Assembly: GCA_963695095.1 (NCBI GenBank)
Contig: CAVOFT010000001.1
Span: forward strand, 1,088,001-1,152,000
Length of the DNA stretch: 64,000 nucleotides
Direction: 5' to 3'
DNA from: an uncultured bacterium
Lineage (GTDB): Bacteria > Krumholzibacteriota > Krumholzibacteriia > JACNKJ01
Every line of letters starts with the position of its first letter. Positions within the stretch are counted from its first letter, which is position 1. Under the pieces are notes generated by a model. The model had not been told where the DNA came from and did not search any database. It was given only the letters and a program-made list of their open reading frames with translations. A program made the translations under genes and the position numbers. Of the stretch, positions 22,307-32,156 are shown one piece after another.

Positions 22307-22777
22307 CTAGGGCTTGCCGCTCTCGCGGGCCGCCACCGCCGCGCGCGCCCGCTCGATGCTGTCGCCTGGGCTCACCTTCACCTGCGCGTCGAGGATGCGG
22401 CCCTCCTCGTCGACGAACCAGTGCGAACGGATCACGCCCATGTATTTCTTGCCGTACATGGACTTCTCGCCCCAGGCGCCGAGGGCCTCGAGCAGCTTGT
22501 GCTCCGGGTCGGAGAGAAAGTCGAAGGGGAAGCCCTCCTTCGCTTTCCAGCGGGCCAGGGTCTCCGGCGCGTCGGGGCTGAGGCCCAGCACCTCGACGCC
22601 GCGGGCGGCGAAGGCGCGCGCCTGCGCCTTCATTCCCTGCGCCTGCACGGTGCAGCCGCTGGTGGCGGCCTTGGGGAAGGCGAAGAGCAGCCAGGCCCTG
22701 CCGCGCAGGCTCGTCTGCTTCACGGTGGCGCCGTCCTGGTTCTTGAGGCTGAAGGCAGGCAGCTTATTGGCGGCCAT
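22307..22777 (-). CDS. bcp: peroxiredoxin, BCP/PrxQ family
   Basis: FPKAATSGCT (PxxxTxxC), LSDPEHK, GAWGEKSMYGKKYMGVIRS. Confidence 0.9.
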   Translation of the reverse strand: MAANKLPAFSLKNQDGATVKQTSLRGRAWLLFAFPKAATSGCTVQAQGMKAQARAFAARGVEVLGLSPDAPETLARWKAKEGFPFDFLSDPEHKLLEALGAWGEKSMYGKKYMGVIRSHWFVDEEGRILDAQVKVSPGDSIERARAAVAARESGKP

Positions 22778-22810
22778 GGCAGCTTCCTTTCGTGGACGCG
22801 CGCAGCGCGG

Positions 22811-23701
22811 CTAGGGCTGGGCGGGCTCGCTCGCGGCCGCGGGCGGCACGGCGAGCAGCAGCGCGGGATCGACGAGCTGTCCCTGCGCGCTCGCGCCCAG
22901 GTGCAGGTGGGGTCCGGTGACGCGCCCCGTGGCCCCCGCGCGGCCGATGATCTGGCCGCGCGCCACCCGCTCGCCCGGCTTCACCTCGATCGCCGACAGG
23001 TGGAAGTAAAGCGTGAGGAAGCCGTCGCCGTGATCCAGGTAGACCGAATTGCCGGCGTAGAAGTGCTCCTCGGCGAGGGCAACCACGCCGTCCGCGCAGG
23101 CGGCGATGGGCGTGCCCGTCGCCGCGCGCAGGTCGAGGCCGCTGTGCGGGCTCTTGGCCTCGCCGTTGAAGAAGCGGCGCAGGCCGAAGTCGCTGCTCTT
23201 CTCGCCGGCCACCGGCGAGCTGAGCGGCAGCGGCCAGTCACCCGATGCGCTGACGCGCGCGAGCGCCGCGCGCGCGCGGAGCTGCTCGCGCTCGGTGCGC
23301 TCGAGGTCCTCCGCGGACAGCTCGCTGTACTTGCTCGCCACCGTGAGATGCTGCTCGGGGTAGGCGCGCGGCTCGCGCGCGATGGGGCGCACGAGAATGG
23401 TCTCGACGCCATCCCGCCAGGAGCGCACGCGCAGCGTGTGCTCCTCGCCCTCCAGGCGCTCGCGCATGCCGAGGCCGAGCACGAGGCGGGCCACCTTCGC
23501 CTTGGGATTGGCCACGAGCGCCGGGCGCAGGGTCTTGCCCAGCCAGTCCACGAGGATCGAGTCCGTGTCCACCGCGGCGCGCAGGGTGACGACGAAGGCC
23601 GTGCCCTCGGGCACGCGCTCGGGGCAGTCGATGCCGAGCGCCTGCGCGGCGCAGGGCGCGAAGAGGGTGAGGGCGGCGAGGGCGAGCAGATGGCGCAACA
23701 T
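22811..23701 (-). CDS. M23 family metallopeptidase
   Basis: Signal peptide; FGLRRFFNG, HSGLD (HxxxD), YFHLS and TGPHLH (HxH) motifs. Confidence 0.9.
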   Translation of the reverse strand: MLRHLLALAALTLFAPCAAQALGIDCPERVPEGTAFVVTLRAAVDTDSILVDWLGKTLRPALVANPKAKVARLVLGLGMRERLEGEEHTLRVRSWRDGVETILVRPIAREPRAYPEQHLTVASKYSELSAEDLERTEREQLRARAALARVSASGDWPLPLSSPVAGEKSSDFGLRRFFNGEAKSPHSGLDLRAATGTPIAACADGVVALAEEHFYAGNSVYLDHGDGFLTLYFHLSAIEVKPGERVARGQIIGRAGATGRVTGPHLHLGASAQGQLVDPALLLAVPPAAASEPAQP

Positions 23702-23758
23702 GCGGAGCCTCCGGCTGGGCGGACAGTCTAGTCGGCGCGCGGCCCGGCGGCAAGCGGC

Positions 23759-24681
23759 CTAGTGCTCCACCCGGGATTTCGCGTAGAGCTGCACCGGCTC
23801 GAGCAGGGCATCGCTGAGGCCGAAGCGCCAGATGGCCGTGTTGCCCTCCACGCGCTCGGCGTTGGTCTCGAGCACGGGACCGGGCAGCGTGAGCCGGAAG
23901 CTGAGGTCGGTGGAGGCGACCAGGTCCAGCCCCGGCAGGCGTTCGGCGAAGGCGGCGTCGCTCCCCTCGCCGGCCCCGCGCAGGACGCCGTGCAGACGCT
24001 CGCCGATGGCCGCTGCTGTCGCCTCCGGATACTGCCGCGCGATCACTGCTCGGGCCTGCTCGGCCAGGGCGGCGAGGAAGGTGGCATAGGCGGGCTCGGC
24101 CGCGTCCTCCTGCTCGAGGGCGATGTAGCGCAGGGCGGCGCCGCCGACGAGGCCGCGCAGCTCGGCGCGCGCGGGCTCGTCCAGCGCCGGGTAGTCGAGG
24201 GCCAGCGCCGCGGCGCCCAGCTCGGCGATCAGCGCCGAGGCGGCGGGCAGGATGCCCTGCCACTCGAAGCGCTCGCGATAGCTGAGCGTGCGCTCGTCGC
24301 CCTCGCCGGCCGTCTCCACCCGCACGCTGTTGGCGTAGAGGACGCCGGCGGCCCGCCCGTCCGCGCGGCCGGGGACGGCGATCTCGCCGTCGAGGCGGGA
24401 CCAATCGGCCGCCCCCGCCAGCTCCTGCTCGCGCCTGAAGACGAGGCGCTGCGGCTCGCCGCCGCGTCGATGCGGCGCCAGCCGGCGGCCTCGGCGAGGG
24501 CGAAGCGCTCGCGGAAGTGGAAGACAGCGGCCTCGGGCGTGGGGCCCGGGGCATCGCAGGCCAGCTCGCAGACGCGGCGGCCGCTGCCGTCGGCCTCCAG
24601 GGTCACTTCCACGCTGTAGTGCTGGCAGCCGGCCAGGCCGAGCAGCAGGGTCAGCATGCCGGGCAGGAAACGACGGGACAT
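23759..24681 (-). CDS. hypothetical lipoprotein (LppM-like ends); apparent frameshift near 24460
   Basis: MSRRFLPGMLTLLLGLAGC lipobox, EVTLEADGSG; continues in another frame to FRLTLPGPVLETNA...AIW. Confidence 0.55.
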
Positions 24682-24806
24682 CGCCCACACCTCCTCGACG
24701 CGCCCGCGCCGGGCGCCGTCGCAGCATAGCGCGAAGCCGCCGCCTGCGCCAGAGGGCGATCGCGGGTCAAGCGATGGAGTCCGCCTGCCCGAGGCACCCG
24801 ACAAGA

Positions 24807-24833
24807 AGGCCCGGCGGCATCGCCGCCGGGCCT
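24807..24833 (-). terminator. probable intrinsic terminator downstream of the S1 protease gene
   Basis: 12-bp stem AGGCCCGGCGGC/GCCGCCGGGCCT followed on the minus strand by a weak TCTTGT tail. Confidence 0.5.
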
Positions 24834-24876
24834 CGGCTGTCGGAGTGCTGCCGCGTGCAGGCTGCCCTGCCCGGGT

Positions 24877-24939
24877 GGCGCTGGCTCGGGTCCGGGTCGC
24901 GCGCGTTGTTTCGCGCGCGAGAGGACCCGAGCCAGTGCC
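24877..24939. repeat. 63-nt long hairpin immediately after the S1 protease stop codon
   Basis: GGCGCTGGCTCGGGTCC pairs with GGACCCGAGCCAGTGCC (16 of 17); inner TCGCGCGCG/CGCGCGCGA stem. Confidence 0.75.
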
Positions 24940-24940
24940 T

Positions 24941-27424
24941 CTACTTGAGCAAGGTCAGCTTGCTCGTGTCGACCGTGCCGTCAGCGGTGATCAGATTCAG
25001 CCGGGCGAAGTAGATGCCCGAGGACACCGGCTGGCCGGCATCGTCCTGGCCGTTCCAGGTCACCGCGTGCTGGCCCGCCTCCTGGCGGCCTGCGAAGAGC
25101 GTGGCCACCTGCCGGCCCGCGACGTCGTAGACGGCCAGGCGCAGCTCGCCGGCCGCGGCCAGCGCGTAGCGGATCTCCGTCGTCGGGTTGAAGGGGTTGG
25201 GCACGTTGGCGAGCAGGGCGCTCTTGGCGGGCAGCGGGGCGTCGCCCGCGGCCGTCAGATCGCCGCCCAGGCCCCAGATCTCCACGTCGTCCAGGTTCCA
25301 GCCGCTGTAGAGCCAGCTGCTGTCCGTGGTGCCCATCGTCCAGCGCAGGTAGACCGTGCTCTGGCCGTCAGCCACCGCCGAGATGTCGTAGTCCAGGTAC
25401 TGCCAGCTGTTGTCCGTGATCTCGCTGCCGTTGGTCCAGACCTGGGTCCAGGTCGTGCCGTTGTTGCTCACGCGCAGGTAGGCGTGGTCGTAGCTCGGCT
25501 GCTCGACGTTGAGCCAGCGGCGGAACTTCACGCGCGTGCCCGTGAAGGTCGTGCAGTCGAAGGGCGTGCTGGTCAGGTGGTACTCGGGCATGTTGTTCGT
25601 GTAGGCGCCGTTCAGATTGTAGCCGTAGACGTTGGGGCCCGTGTAGCCGCCGGTGGGATCGGCGTAGCCGTGGTCGCCGTTGCCGCCCGTGGGCTGGCCG
25701 AAGGCCCACTGGCCCTGGACGCTCCAGCCCGGGTTCGTGTCGAAGGTCTCGCTGATCTGCAGCGAGGGCACGCCCACCTGCAGGCTGACCGGCCGCTGCG
25801 TGTCGCCGTCGCCATTGGTGGTGTTCGTGAACTGCACGATGGCGCTGTGGAGCCCCTGGGGCAGGCCGTTGGCCGCCGCGTTGAGGCTGACGGTCACGCT
25901 GGCCGTCGCGCCGGGCGCCAGCGTGCCGCTGCCGCCGGTCACGCTGACCCAGGCCGCGTCGTCGCTGACGCTGAAGCTGAAGGACGTCTCACCGGCGTTC
26001 TCCACCGTGTAGGCAATGCTGGTCGGCGTGAAGGGGCCGCCCTGGTCGCCGCTGGAGACGAGGCCCGTGCCGGGGGTCACCTGCATGCCGGTGGCGTAGG
26101 GATCGTAGGTGTCCAGGGTGATGACGCCGCTGGCCGTGGGGTCGAGGTAGGCGCTGAGGCCGTGCGTCCAGGACACCGAGAAGCGGCCGTACCAGTCGGA
26201 GGTCTGGCTGGTGCAGGAGGCGTAGCCGCCGTGGAGCTGCCCGACCACGTGGTGGTTGGGGCTGAAGAGCGGCGAGCCCGAGGAGCCGGGCTCGGTGGTG
26301 CCGAGATCCCAGTCGGTGATGCGGACGTGCGTGCCGTCGCCCGGTACGGCGGTGCCCAGGTAGCTCGTCGTGCTCGTGGGGTCGTACTCGAAGCTGATGC
26401 TCTTCTCGTCCGTGCTCGGATGGTGGATGGCGATGGCGCTGGGCGGATCCGCGCTCGACTTGTCCCAGCCGGCGTAGGTGACGCCCCAGGCCGGGTTCGG
26501 CAGCTCGTCCAGCTCGACCAGCGTGAAGTCCGAAGCCGAGTAGGAGGAGCGGAAGAAGGAGCCGGTCTGGTTCTGGGCGAGGGAGCCGCCGCCGTGCTGG
26601 CCGCAGGTGGGGCTCTCGAAGTTCCAGTAGACCACCAGGGAGGCCGCGTTGCCCGTGTTGATGCCGCAGTGGTTGGCGGTCATGAAGTAGGGCGTGGCGT
26701 CCTGGGCGGTGTTGTTCACCATGAAGCCGGTGCAGAAGGTGCTGCCGCCGGTGGAGATGACGCCGATGGCCGGGATCTCGCTGCGCCAGTCGTCGCCCTC
26801 GGGGCAGATGACGTCGACGTTGCAGGCGCCGGAGCGATCGCCGGGCGGCAGCAGCTCGCCGAAGCCGCGATAGCCCACGTTGATGGAGCCGATGGCGAGT
26901 TCCACGCGGCTCTCGGCCTTGGCCGGCACCGTCAGCTCGATGACGATATCGTCGGCCAGCACCACGGGCGTCCACAGCTCGCCGTGGGCGGCGTTGTCGG
27001 CCGCGGTGTAGGCGCGCGTGCCGTAGCTGTAGTCCGCCGCGTGCGCGATGAGCTGCGCGCCCTCGGGCAGGGCGAAGCGGGTGAAGCCGAGATTCAGCGA
27101 GACCGCGCCGGGCGAGTCCACGCGCAGGCGCCAGACGCGATTGCCGCCCGGGATGTCCTCCCAGGTGCCGCGCGTGGCGGGGTCGATCTCGACCGGGTAG
27201 GGGATGGCGAAGCGGGGCGGCAGGCCCTCGGCCTCGCGGTCCTCGTCCTCGAGCCGCGCCAGGGCGGCGTCGACGACGGGCGCTGCGTAGTGATCGACGC
27301 TCTCCAGGGCGAGCAGGGAGTGGGTCTGTGAACTCGGCGTGGCCGGCAGCGGCTCGGCGGCGAAGGCGACGCCGCAGGCCAGGGCAAGCAGAGCGAGCCC
27401 GAACAGGAGTCTCGGCAGGCGCAT
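24941..27424 (-). CDS. lysyl-endopeptidase-like S1 serine protease with BACON-like, beta-sandwich and FlgD-Ig domains
   Basis: SGACNVDVICP; triad motifs MTANHC, SDFTLVEL and TEPGSSGSP; VGQLHGG; C-terminal NVPNPFNPTTEIRY...SGIYFARL; alternative start at 27436. Confidence 0.88.
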   Translation of the reverse strand: MRLPRLLFGLALLALACGVAFAAEPLPATPSSQTHSLLALESVDHYAAPVVDAALARLEDEDREAEGLPPRFAIPYPVEIDPATRGTWEDIPGGNRVWRLRVDSPGAVSLNLGFTRFALPEGAQLIAHAADYSYGTRAYTAADNAAHGELWTPVVLADDIVIELTVPAKAESRVELAIGSINVGYRGFGELLPPGDRSGACNVDVICPEGDDWRSEIPAIGVISTGGSTFCTGFMVNNTAQDATPYFMTANHCGINTGNAASLVVYWNFESPTCGQHGGGSLAQNQTGSFFRSSYSASDFTLVELDELPNPAWGVTYAGWDKSSADPPSAIAIHHPSTDEKSISFEYDPTSTTSYLGTAVPGDGTHVRITDWDLGTTEPGSSGSPLFSPNHHVVGQLHGGYASCTSQTSDWYGRFSVSWTHGLSAYLDPTASGVITLDTYDPYATGMQVTPGTGLVSSGDQGGPFTPTSIAYTVENAGETSFSFSVSDDAAWVSVTGGSGTLAPGATASVTVSLNAAANGLPQGLHSAIVQFTNTTNGDGDTQRPVSLQVGVPSLQISETFDTNPGWSVQGQWAFGQPTGGNGDHGYADPTGGYTGPNVYGYNLNGAYTNNMPEYHLTSTPFDCTTFTGTRVKFRRWLNVEQPSYDHAYLRVSNNGTTWTQVWTNGSEITDNSWQYLDYDISAVADGQSTVYLRWTMGTTDSSWLYSGWNLDDVEIWGLGGDLTAAGDAPLPAKSALLANVPNPFNPTTEIRYALAAAGELRLAVYDVAGRQVATLFAGRQEAGQHAVTWNGQDDAGQPVSSGIYFARLNLITADGTVDTSKLTLLK

Positions 27425-27611
27425 GGTTCTCTCCATTCCTAGGGTGGCGATGTCGTGCAGGGGATGGCGGCCTGGTCTCGGCGACCGGCGCTGGCATTTC
27501 GGATTTCATCATACCACAGTTCCGATGCTATCTGCAGCATTTCCTTGCGATCGGGGGCCGCATCCGGGACAATTGACGGCTCCCCCTCACCGTTCCCCGG
27601 AGGTCCGCGGC

Positions 27612-29888
27612 ATGTCACGCTCGCTCATCGTCATTCTCGCAGGCAGCCTGCTGCTGCTCCTGGCCTCCGGGCTTCCCCTGGCCGCCGCCGAGGCCCAGCG
27701 CATCGAGCTGGCGGCCGGCGCCATCGATCCGGCCGCCGCCACCTTGCCCGCCGACCCGGCCCTGCGCGCCGCGGCGCCCGATGCGGACGAAAGCGCCCAC
27801 TGGATCGTCCACTGGACGGAGCCGATCACGCCCGCGCTCACGGACGAGCTGCGTGCCCTCGGCGCCGAGCTGCTCGGTTACCTGCCCCAGCAGGCCCAGC
27901 TCGTGCGGATGACGGGCGCCCAGGCCGAGGCCGCGCGCGGATTGAGCGCGGTGGACTTCGTCGGCCTCTGGCATCCGGCCTATTCGCTGAGTCCCGCGAT
28001 CGGCCAGCGCGTCTGGCAGGATCCGGCCCGCGCCGCCGACGGCCGGCTCTTTCTCACCGTGCAGCTCTTCGCCGGCAGCGATGCCGAGCGCGCCGCGGCC
28101 GGCGCCCGCAAGCTGGACGCGGAGATCCTCGCCCTCAGCGAGGACCCGGCCTCGCCCCGCCTCGAGCTGGCCCTGGCGCCGGCGCGCCTGCACGATCTCG
28201 CGCGGCTGGCCGCCGTGCAGTGGATCGAGGACGCGCCCGAGCTGAGCGAGCGCAACAACAACGTCGTCTGGGTCGTGCAGACGGCCCTGAGCGGCAACGA
28301 GGCGCTCTGGGACCAGGGCCTCCACGGCGAGGGTCAGGTGCTCAGCCACATCGACAGCGGCATGGCCGAGTCCAGCTGCTACTTCAACGATCCGGACGGC
28401 GACCCGGCGGGCCCCGACCATCGCAAGGTGCTCTACCAGACGGGCGGCTCGAGCACGCACGGCACGCACACGGCCGGCACGGCCGTGGGCAACCAGACGC
28501 CGGTGACGGGCGTCTCCGACTACAACGGCGTGGCCTACGAGGCCAAGATGGCCATCAGCACCTACAATGCCGGCGGCTTCAACATGTACACGACGCTGGT
28601 CACGCACCACGGCTTCGGCGCCCGCGTGTCCACCAACTCCTGGGGCGACGACGGCACCACCAGCTACACGGCGCTCTGCCGGGACATCGACCGCTACAGC
28701 CACGATTACGAGGAGGGCATGGTGGCCTTCGCCGTCACCAATCTCTCCACGCTGAAGACGCCCGAGAACGCCAAGAACGTGCTCGCGGTGGGGGCGACCA
28801 ACAACCCGAACTTCGAGAATCACGCTTCCGGCGGCACCGGGCCCACGGCCGACGGCCGCCGCAAGCCCGAGATCTACGCGCCCGGCTGCAACAACCGCTC
28901 GGCCTCGACGGCGAGCTGCGCCACGACCACGCTCTGCGGCACCTCGATGGCCTGCCCGGCGATCGCGGGCTCCGCCCTGCTCGCGCGGCAGTTCTACACG
29001 GAGGGCTGGTACCCGAGCGGCAGCCCGACGCCCGCCGACGCCCTGACGCCCTCGGGCGCGCTCCTGCGCGCGACCCTGCTCAACGGCAGCGATGACATGA
29101 GCGGCGTGCCCGGCTACCCCTCCAACCGCGAAGGCTGGGGGCATCTCATCCTCGACGAGTCGCTGGCCTTTGCGGGCGACGCGCGGGGGATGTGGGTAGA
29201 GGACCTGCGCAACGCCGAGGGCCTCGGGACCGGCGAGTCCGTGGACTACCAGCTCCTGGTGAACAGCGCGAGCGAAGCGCTCGCGGTGACCCTCGTCTTC
29301 ACAGATCCGCCGGCCACGGTGGGCGCCGCGACGCCGATCATCAACAACCTGGACCTGGAGCTGATCGCGCCCGATGCGACGAGCTACAAGGGCAACGTCT
29401 TCAGCGCCGGCCAGAGCGCGCCCGGCGGCAGCTTCGATGCGCTGAACACCGTGGAGCGCGTGCTGCTCGCGAGTCCCGCGCCGGGCCAGTGGACCCTGCG
29501 CGTGCACGGGACCAGCGTGCCCGAGGGTCCCCAGGGCTTCGCCCTCGTGGCGAACGGCGACGTGACCGGCACGCTCACCGCGGTGCCGGCCGAGGCGACG
29601 CCGCTGGCGGCGCTGCCGCGCCTGGCCGCGCCCGTGCCCAACCCCTTCAACCCGAAGACCACCCTGAGCTTCACGCTGCCGTCGGCTGGCTCAGCGCGGC
29701 TGGCGATCTACGACCTCAGCGGCCGCCGGCTGGCGACCCTGGTGGATGCGCGGCTCGAGGCGGGCAAGCACGTCGCCGAGTGGGACGGCCGCGATGCGAC
29801 GGGTCAGGCACTCGCGAGCGGCATCTACCTGGCGCGCCTGGAAGCTGCGGGCTACGCTGACATGCGCAAGCTCACGCTGCTCAAGTAG
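27612..29888 (+). CDS. S8 (subtilisin-like, KP-43 type) serine peptidase with FlgD-Ig C-terminus
   Basis: Triad motifs HIDSG, HGTHTAG and GTSMACP; AKNVLAVGA, DGRRKPEI, NNLDL; PVPNPFNPKTT. Confidence 0.9.
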   Translation: MSRSLIVILAGSLLLLLASGLPLAAAEAQRIELAAGAIDPAAATLPADPALRAAAPDADESAHWIVHWTEPITPALTDELRALGAELLGYLPQQAQLVRMTGAQAEAARGLSAVDFVGLWHPAYSLSPAIGQRVWQDPARAADGRLFLTVQLFAGSDAERAAAGARKLDAEILALSEDPASPRLELALAPARLHDLARLAAVQWIEDAPELSERNNNVVWVVQTALSGNEALWDQGLHGEGQVLSHIDSGMAESSCYFNDPDGDPAGPDHRKVLYQTGGSSTHGTHTAGTAVGNQTPVTGVSDYNGVAYEAKMAISTYNAGGFNMYTTLVTHHGFGARVSTNSWGDDGTTSYTALCRDIDRYSHDYEEGMVAFAVTNLSTLKTPENAKNVLAVGATNNPNFENHASGGTGPTADGRRKPEIYAPGCNNRSASTASCATTTLCGTSMACPAIAGSALLARQFYTEGWYPSGSPTPADALTPSGALLRATLLNGSDDMSGVPGYPSNREGWGHLILDESLAFAGDARGMWVEDLRNAEGLGTGESVDYQLLVNSASEALAVTLVFTDPPATVGAATPIINNLDLELIAPDATSYKGNVFSAGQSAPGGSFDALNTVERVLLASPAPGQWTLRVHGTSVPEGPQGFALVANGDVTGTLTAVPAEATPLAALPRLAAPVPNPFNPKTTLSFTLPSAGSARLAIYDLSGRRLATLVDARLEAGKHVAEWDGRDATGQALASGIYLARLEAAGYADMRKLTLLK

Positions 29889-29901
29889 GGCGCTCGCTCT
29901 T

Positions 29902-29917
29902 CCTGTCACGTGACAGG
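29902..29917. repeat. perfect 16-bp palindrome CCTGTCACGTGACAGG
   Basis: Lies in the 37-bp gap between convergent genes. Confidence 0.9.
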
Positions 29918-29925
29918 TGGGCGGG

Positions 29926-30657
29926 CTAGCCGGCAGCCGCCAGCGACTGCGTTTGGCGGGCGTAGCGCGTGGCCGTCAGGGTCATCGTCAGCGGCAGGCT
30001 CGCGTAGACGAAACCGGCCCAGATGCCCAGCGCCGTCGGCAGCAGCCCGGCCGCCAGAGCCGACAGCAGGCCGGTGAGCGCCAGCACCGCGTTGAGGGCG
30101 ATCCCCTGCCGCGTGCGCAGCGCCTCGAGGGCATCGAGCCGCAGCGAGGCCGCGGCCTTGAGCGCCCGCAGGTGCAGGAGGGCGAGCAGGGCGGTCTGCA
30201 GGGCGAAGCCGACGCCGTAGACCACGAAGAGCCCCGTGAGGTCGCGCCCGCTGTCGATCACGAAGGCGCTGGGCAGGCGGCCGCCGCTCGCGAAAGCCAT
30301 GAAGGCGGAGGCGACCATCCGCAGCGGGTAGACGTAGATCAGCATCACGAAGACCATGCCCAGGCTGATGAGGGTGGTGGGGCCGTCCTCCAGGCCGAAG
30401 CGGCGGCTCCATTCGCGATGGCCGTACCAGATCGAGGCGATGGCGGTGAAGCTCGCGAGGAAGGCCGGCGCGTCCTTGAGGGCCGCGAGCAGGGCGGCGT
30501 AGCTGTTCGGGATGCTGCCGCCGGCGATGACGAGCAGGGTCACCGCGAAGGCGAAGGCCGCGTCGCAGAAGGTCTCCAGGCGAGTCATTTCGAGCCCGCG
30601 CAGGCGGACGCCCTGCTTGACGGGCAGGGTGGCCAGCGCCTCGTCGGTCCAGTTCAT
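29926..30657 (-). CDS. TMEM175/DUF1211 family membrane protein (putative K+ channel)
   Basis: RLETFCDAAFAFAVTLLV resembles the RxxxFSD signature; W..H motif; about 6 TM. Confidence 0.8.
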   Translation of the reverse strand: MNWTDEALATLPVKQGVRLRGLEMTRLETFCDAAFAFAVTLLVIAGGSIPNSYAALLAALKDAPAFLASFTAIASIWYGHREWSRRFGLEDGPTTLISLGMVFVMLIYVYPLRMVASAFMAFASGGRLPSAFVIDSGRDLTGLFVVYGVGFALQTALLALLHLRALKAAASLRLDALEALRTRQGIALNAVLALTGLLSALAAGLLPTALGIWAGFVYASLPLTMTLTATRYARQTQSLAAAG

Positions 30658-30853
30658 CGGCCCTCCTCGCCGGCGCTCCCGGGGCCGGCTCTTCGTGCTT
30701 TTCGTGTGCGCCGCCTTGCACTATGATCGGCCTATTCCGTGATTGCCAGTGAAAGGAGCCCGCCGATGCCGCATTGCCAATCTTGCGCGACGTCCCTGGC
30801 GCGGGCCGAAAGCACCATGAAAACAACGCCAGCGTGGGCGGAGTGAGGTTGGA

Positions 30854-32068
30854 GTGAGTTTCGCCGAATTCGAGCTCGATGCCCGGCTGGCGCGGGCCGT
30901 GGAAGAACTGGGCTTCATTGCGCCCACCCCCGTGCAGGAGAAGGCCATTCCCCCGGCCCTGGCGGGCCGGGATCTGATCGGCCTCGCCCAGACGGGCACC
31001 GGCAAGTCGGCCGCCTTCATCCTGCCCATCCTCCAGCGGCTGCTGGGGCGGGAGCGGGGCCACACGCGCGCGCTGATCGTGGCGCCGACGCGCGAACTCA
31101 CCGAGCAGCTCAGCGAGCACGTCGCGGCCCTCGGCGTCCACACGGACCTGCGCTGCGCCACCGTCTACGGCGGCGTCAAGTACAAGGCCCAGATCGACGC
31201 CCTGCACAAGGGCGTGGAGGTGGTCGTCGCCACGCCGGGCCGCCTGCTCGATCTCATCGAGCGCGGCAGCGCCAAGCTCGGCGAGCTGGACGTGTTCGTG
31301 CTCGACGAGGCGGACCGCATGCTGGACATGGGCTTCCTGCCCGACATCAAGCGCATCCTGCGCAAGTTGCCCCGCGGCCGCCAGACGATGATGTTCTCGG
31401 CCACGATGCCCTACGACATCCGCCGCCTCTGCACGGAGATCATGCAGGACCCGGTGACCATCGAGATCGGGCTGCGCGCTCCGGTGGAGACGGTGAGCCA
31501 CGCGCTCTACGCCGTGGCGCCCGCGCACAAGAACGCCCTCCTGCTGGCGATCCTGCGCCAGACGGACACCGAGTCCGTGCTCGTCTTCACGCAGATGAAG
31601 AGCGCGGCCCGGGCCGTCTACCTCGCGCTCCGCAAGGAGAAGTTCAAGGTGGCGGTGATCGAGGGCGACATGCCCCAGGGCGAGCGGCAGGAGGCGCTGG
31701 ACGGCTTCCGCGCCGGCAAGACGCAGGTTCTCGTCGCCACGGACATCGCCGCCCGCGGGCTGGACATCTCGCAGGTCTCGCACGTGATCAACTTCGACAT
31801 GCCGGAGTCGGTGGACGACTACACGCATCGCATCGGCCGCACGGGGCGGGCGCTGCACACGGGCGACGCCTTCACCTTCGTCACCCACGAGGACCTGGAG
31901 ATGGTGGTGCGCATCGAGAAGGTGCTGGGCATGTCCCTCGAGTACAAGCACGTGACGGGCCTGCCCTTCCCGCCGCCACCCTGGGATCCCCTCGGCCGGC
32001 CCGCGACGCCCGAGAAGCGCGACCGCCGCCGGCCCACCCGGCCCAGCCTGCGCCGCGGCCGCCGCTAG
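30854..32068 (+). CDS. DEAD-box RNA helicase (RhlE-like)
   Basis: Q motif PTPVQ, AQTGTGKS, PTREL, TPGRL, DEAD, SAT, ARGLD and HRIGRTGR motifs. Confidence 0.95.
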   Translation: MSFAEFELDARLARAVEELGFIAPTPVQEKAIPPALAGRDLIGLAQTGTGKSAAFILPILQRLLGRERGHTRALIVAPTRELTEQLSEHVAALGVHTDLRCATVYGGVKYKAQIDALHKGVEVVVATPGRLLDLIERGSAKLGELDVFVLDEADRMLDMGFLPDIKRILRKLPRGRQTMMFSATMPYDIRRLCTEIMQDPVTIEIGLRAPVETVSHALYAVAPAHKNALLLAILRQTDTESVLVFTQMKSAARAVYLALRKEKFKVAVIEGDMPQGERQEALDGFRAGKTQVLVATDIAARGLDISQVSHVINFDMPESVDDYTHRIGRTGRALHTGDAFTFVTHEDLEMVVRIEKVLGMSLEYKHVTGLPFPPPPWDPLGRPATPEKRDRRRPTRPSLRRGRR

Positions 32069-32156
32069 GGCGGCGCTTCCCGACACGCGATCGCGTTGAC
32101 AGCGCCGGAGACCCGGCGCATTGTCCAGCGCGGACGCAACACGGGGAGGTCAAGTG

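Noticed and set aside
32085..32096. ACGCGATCGCGT palindrome next to a TTGACA hexamer
   Set aside because: A single 12-bp copy; it could be an operator but there is no further support.
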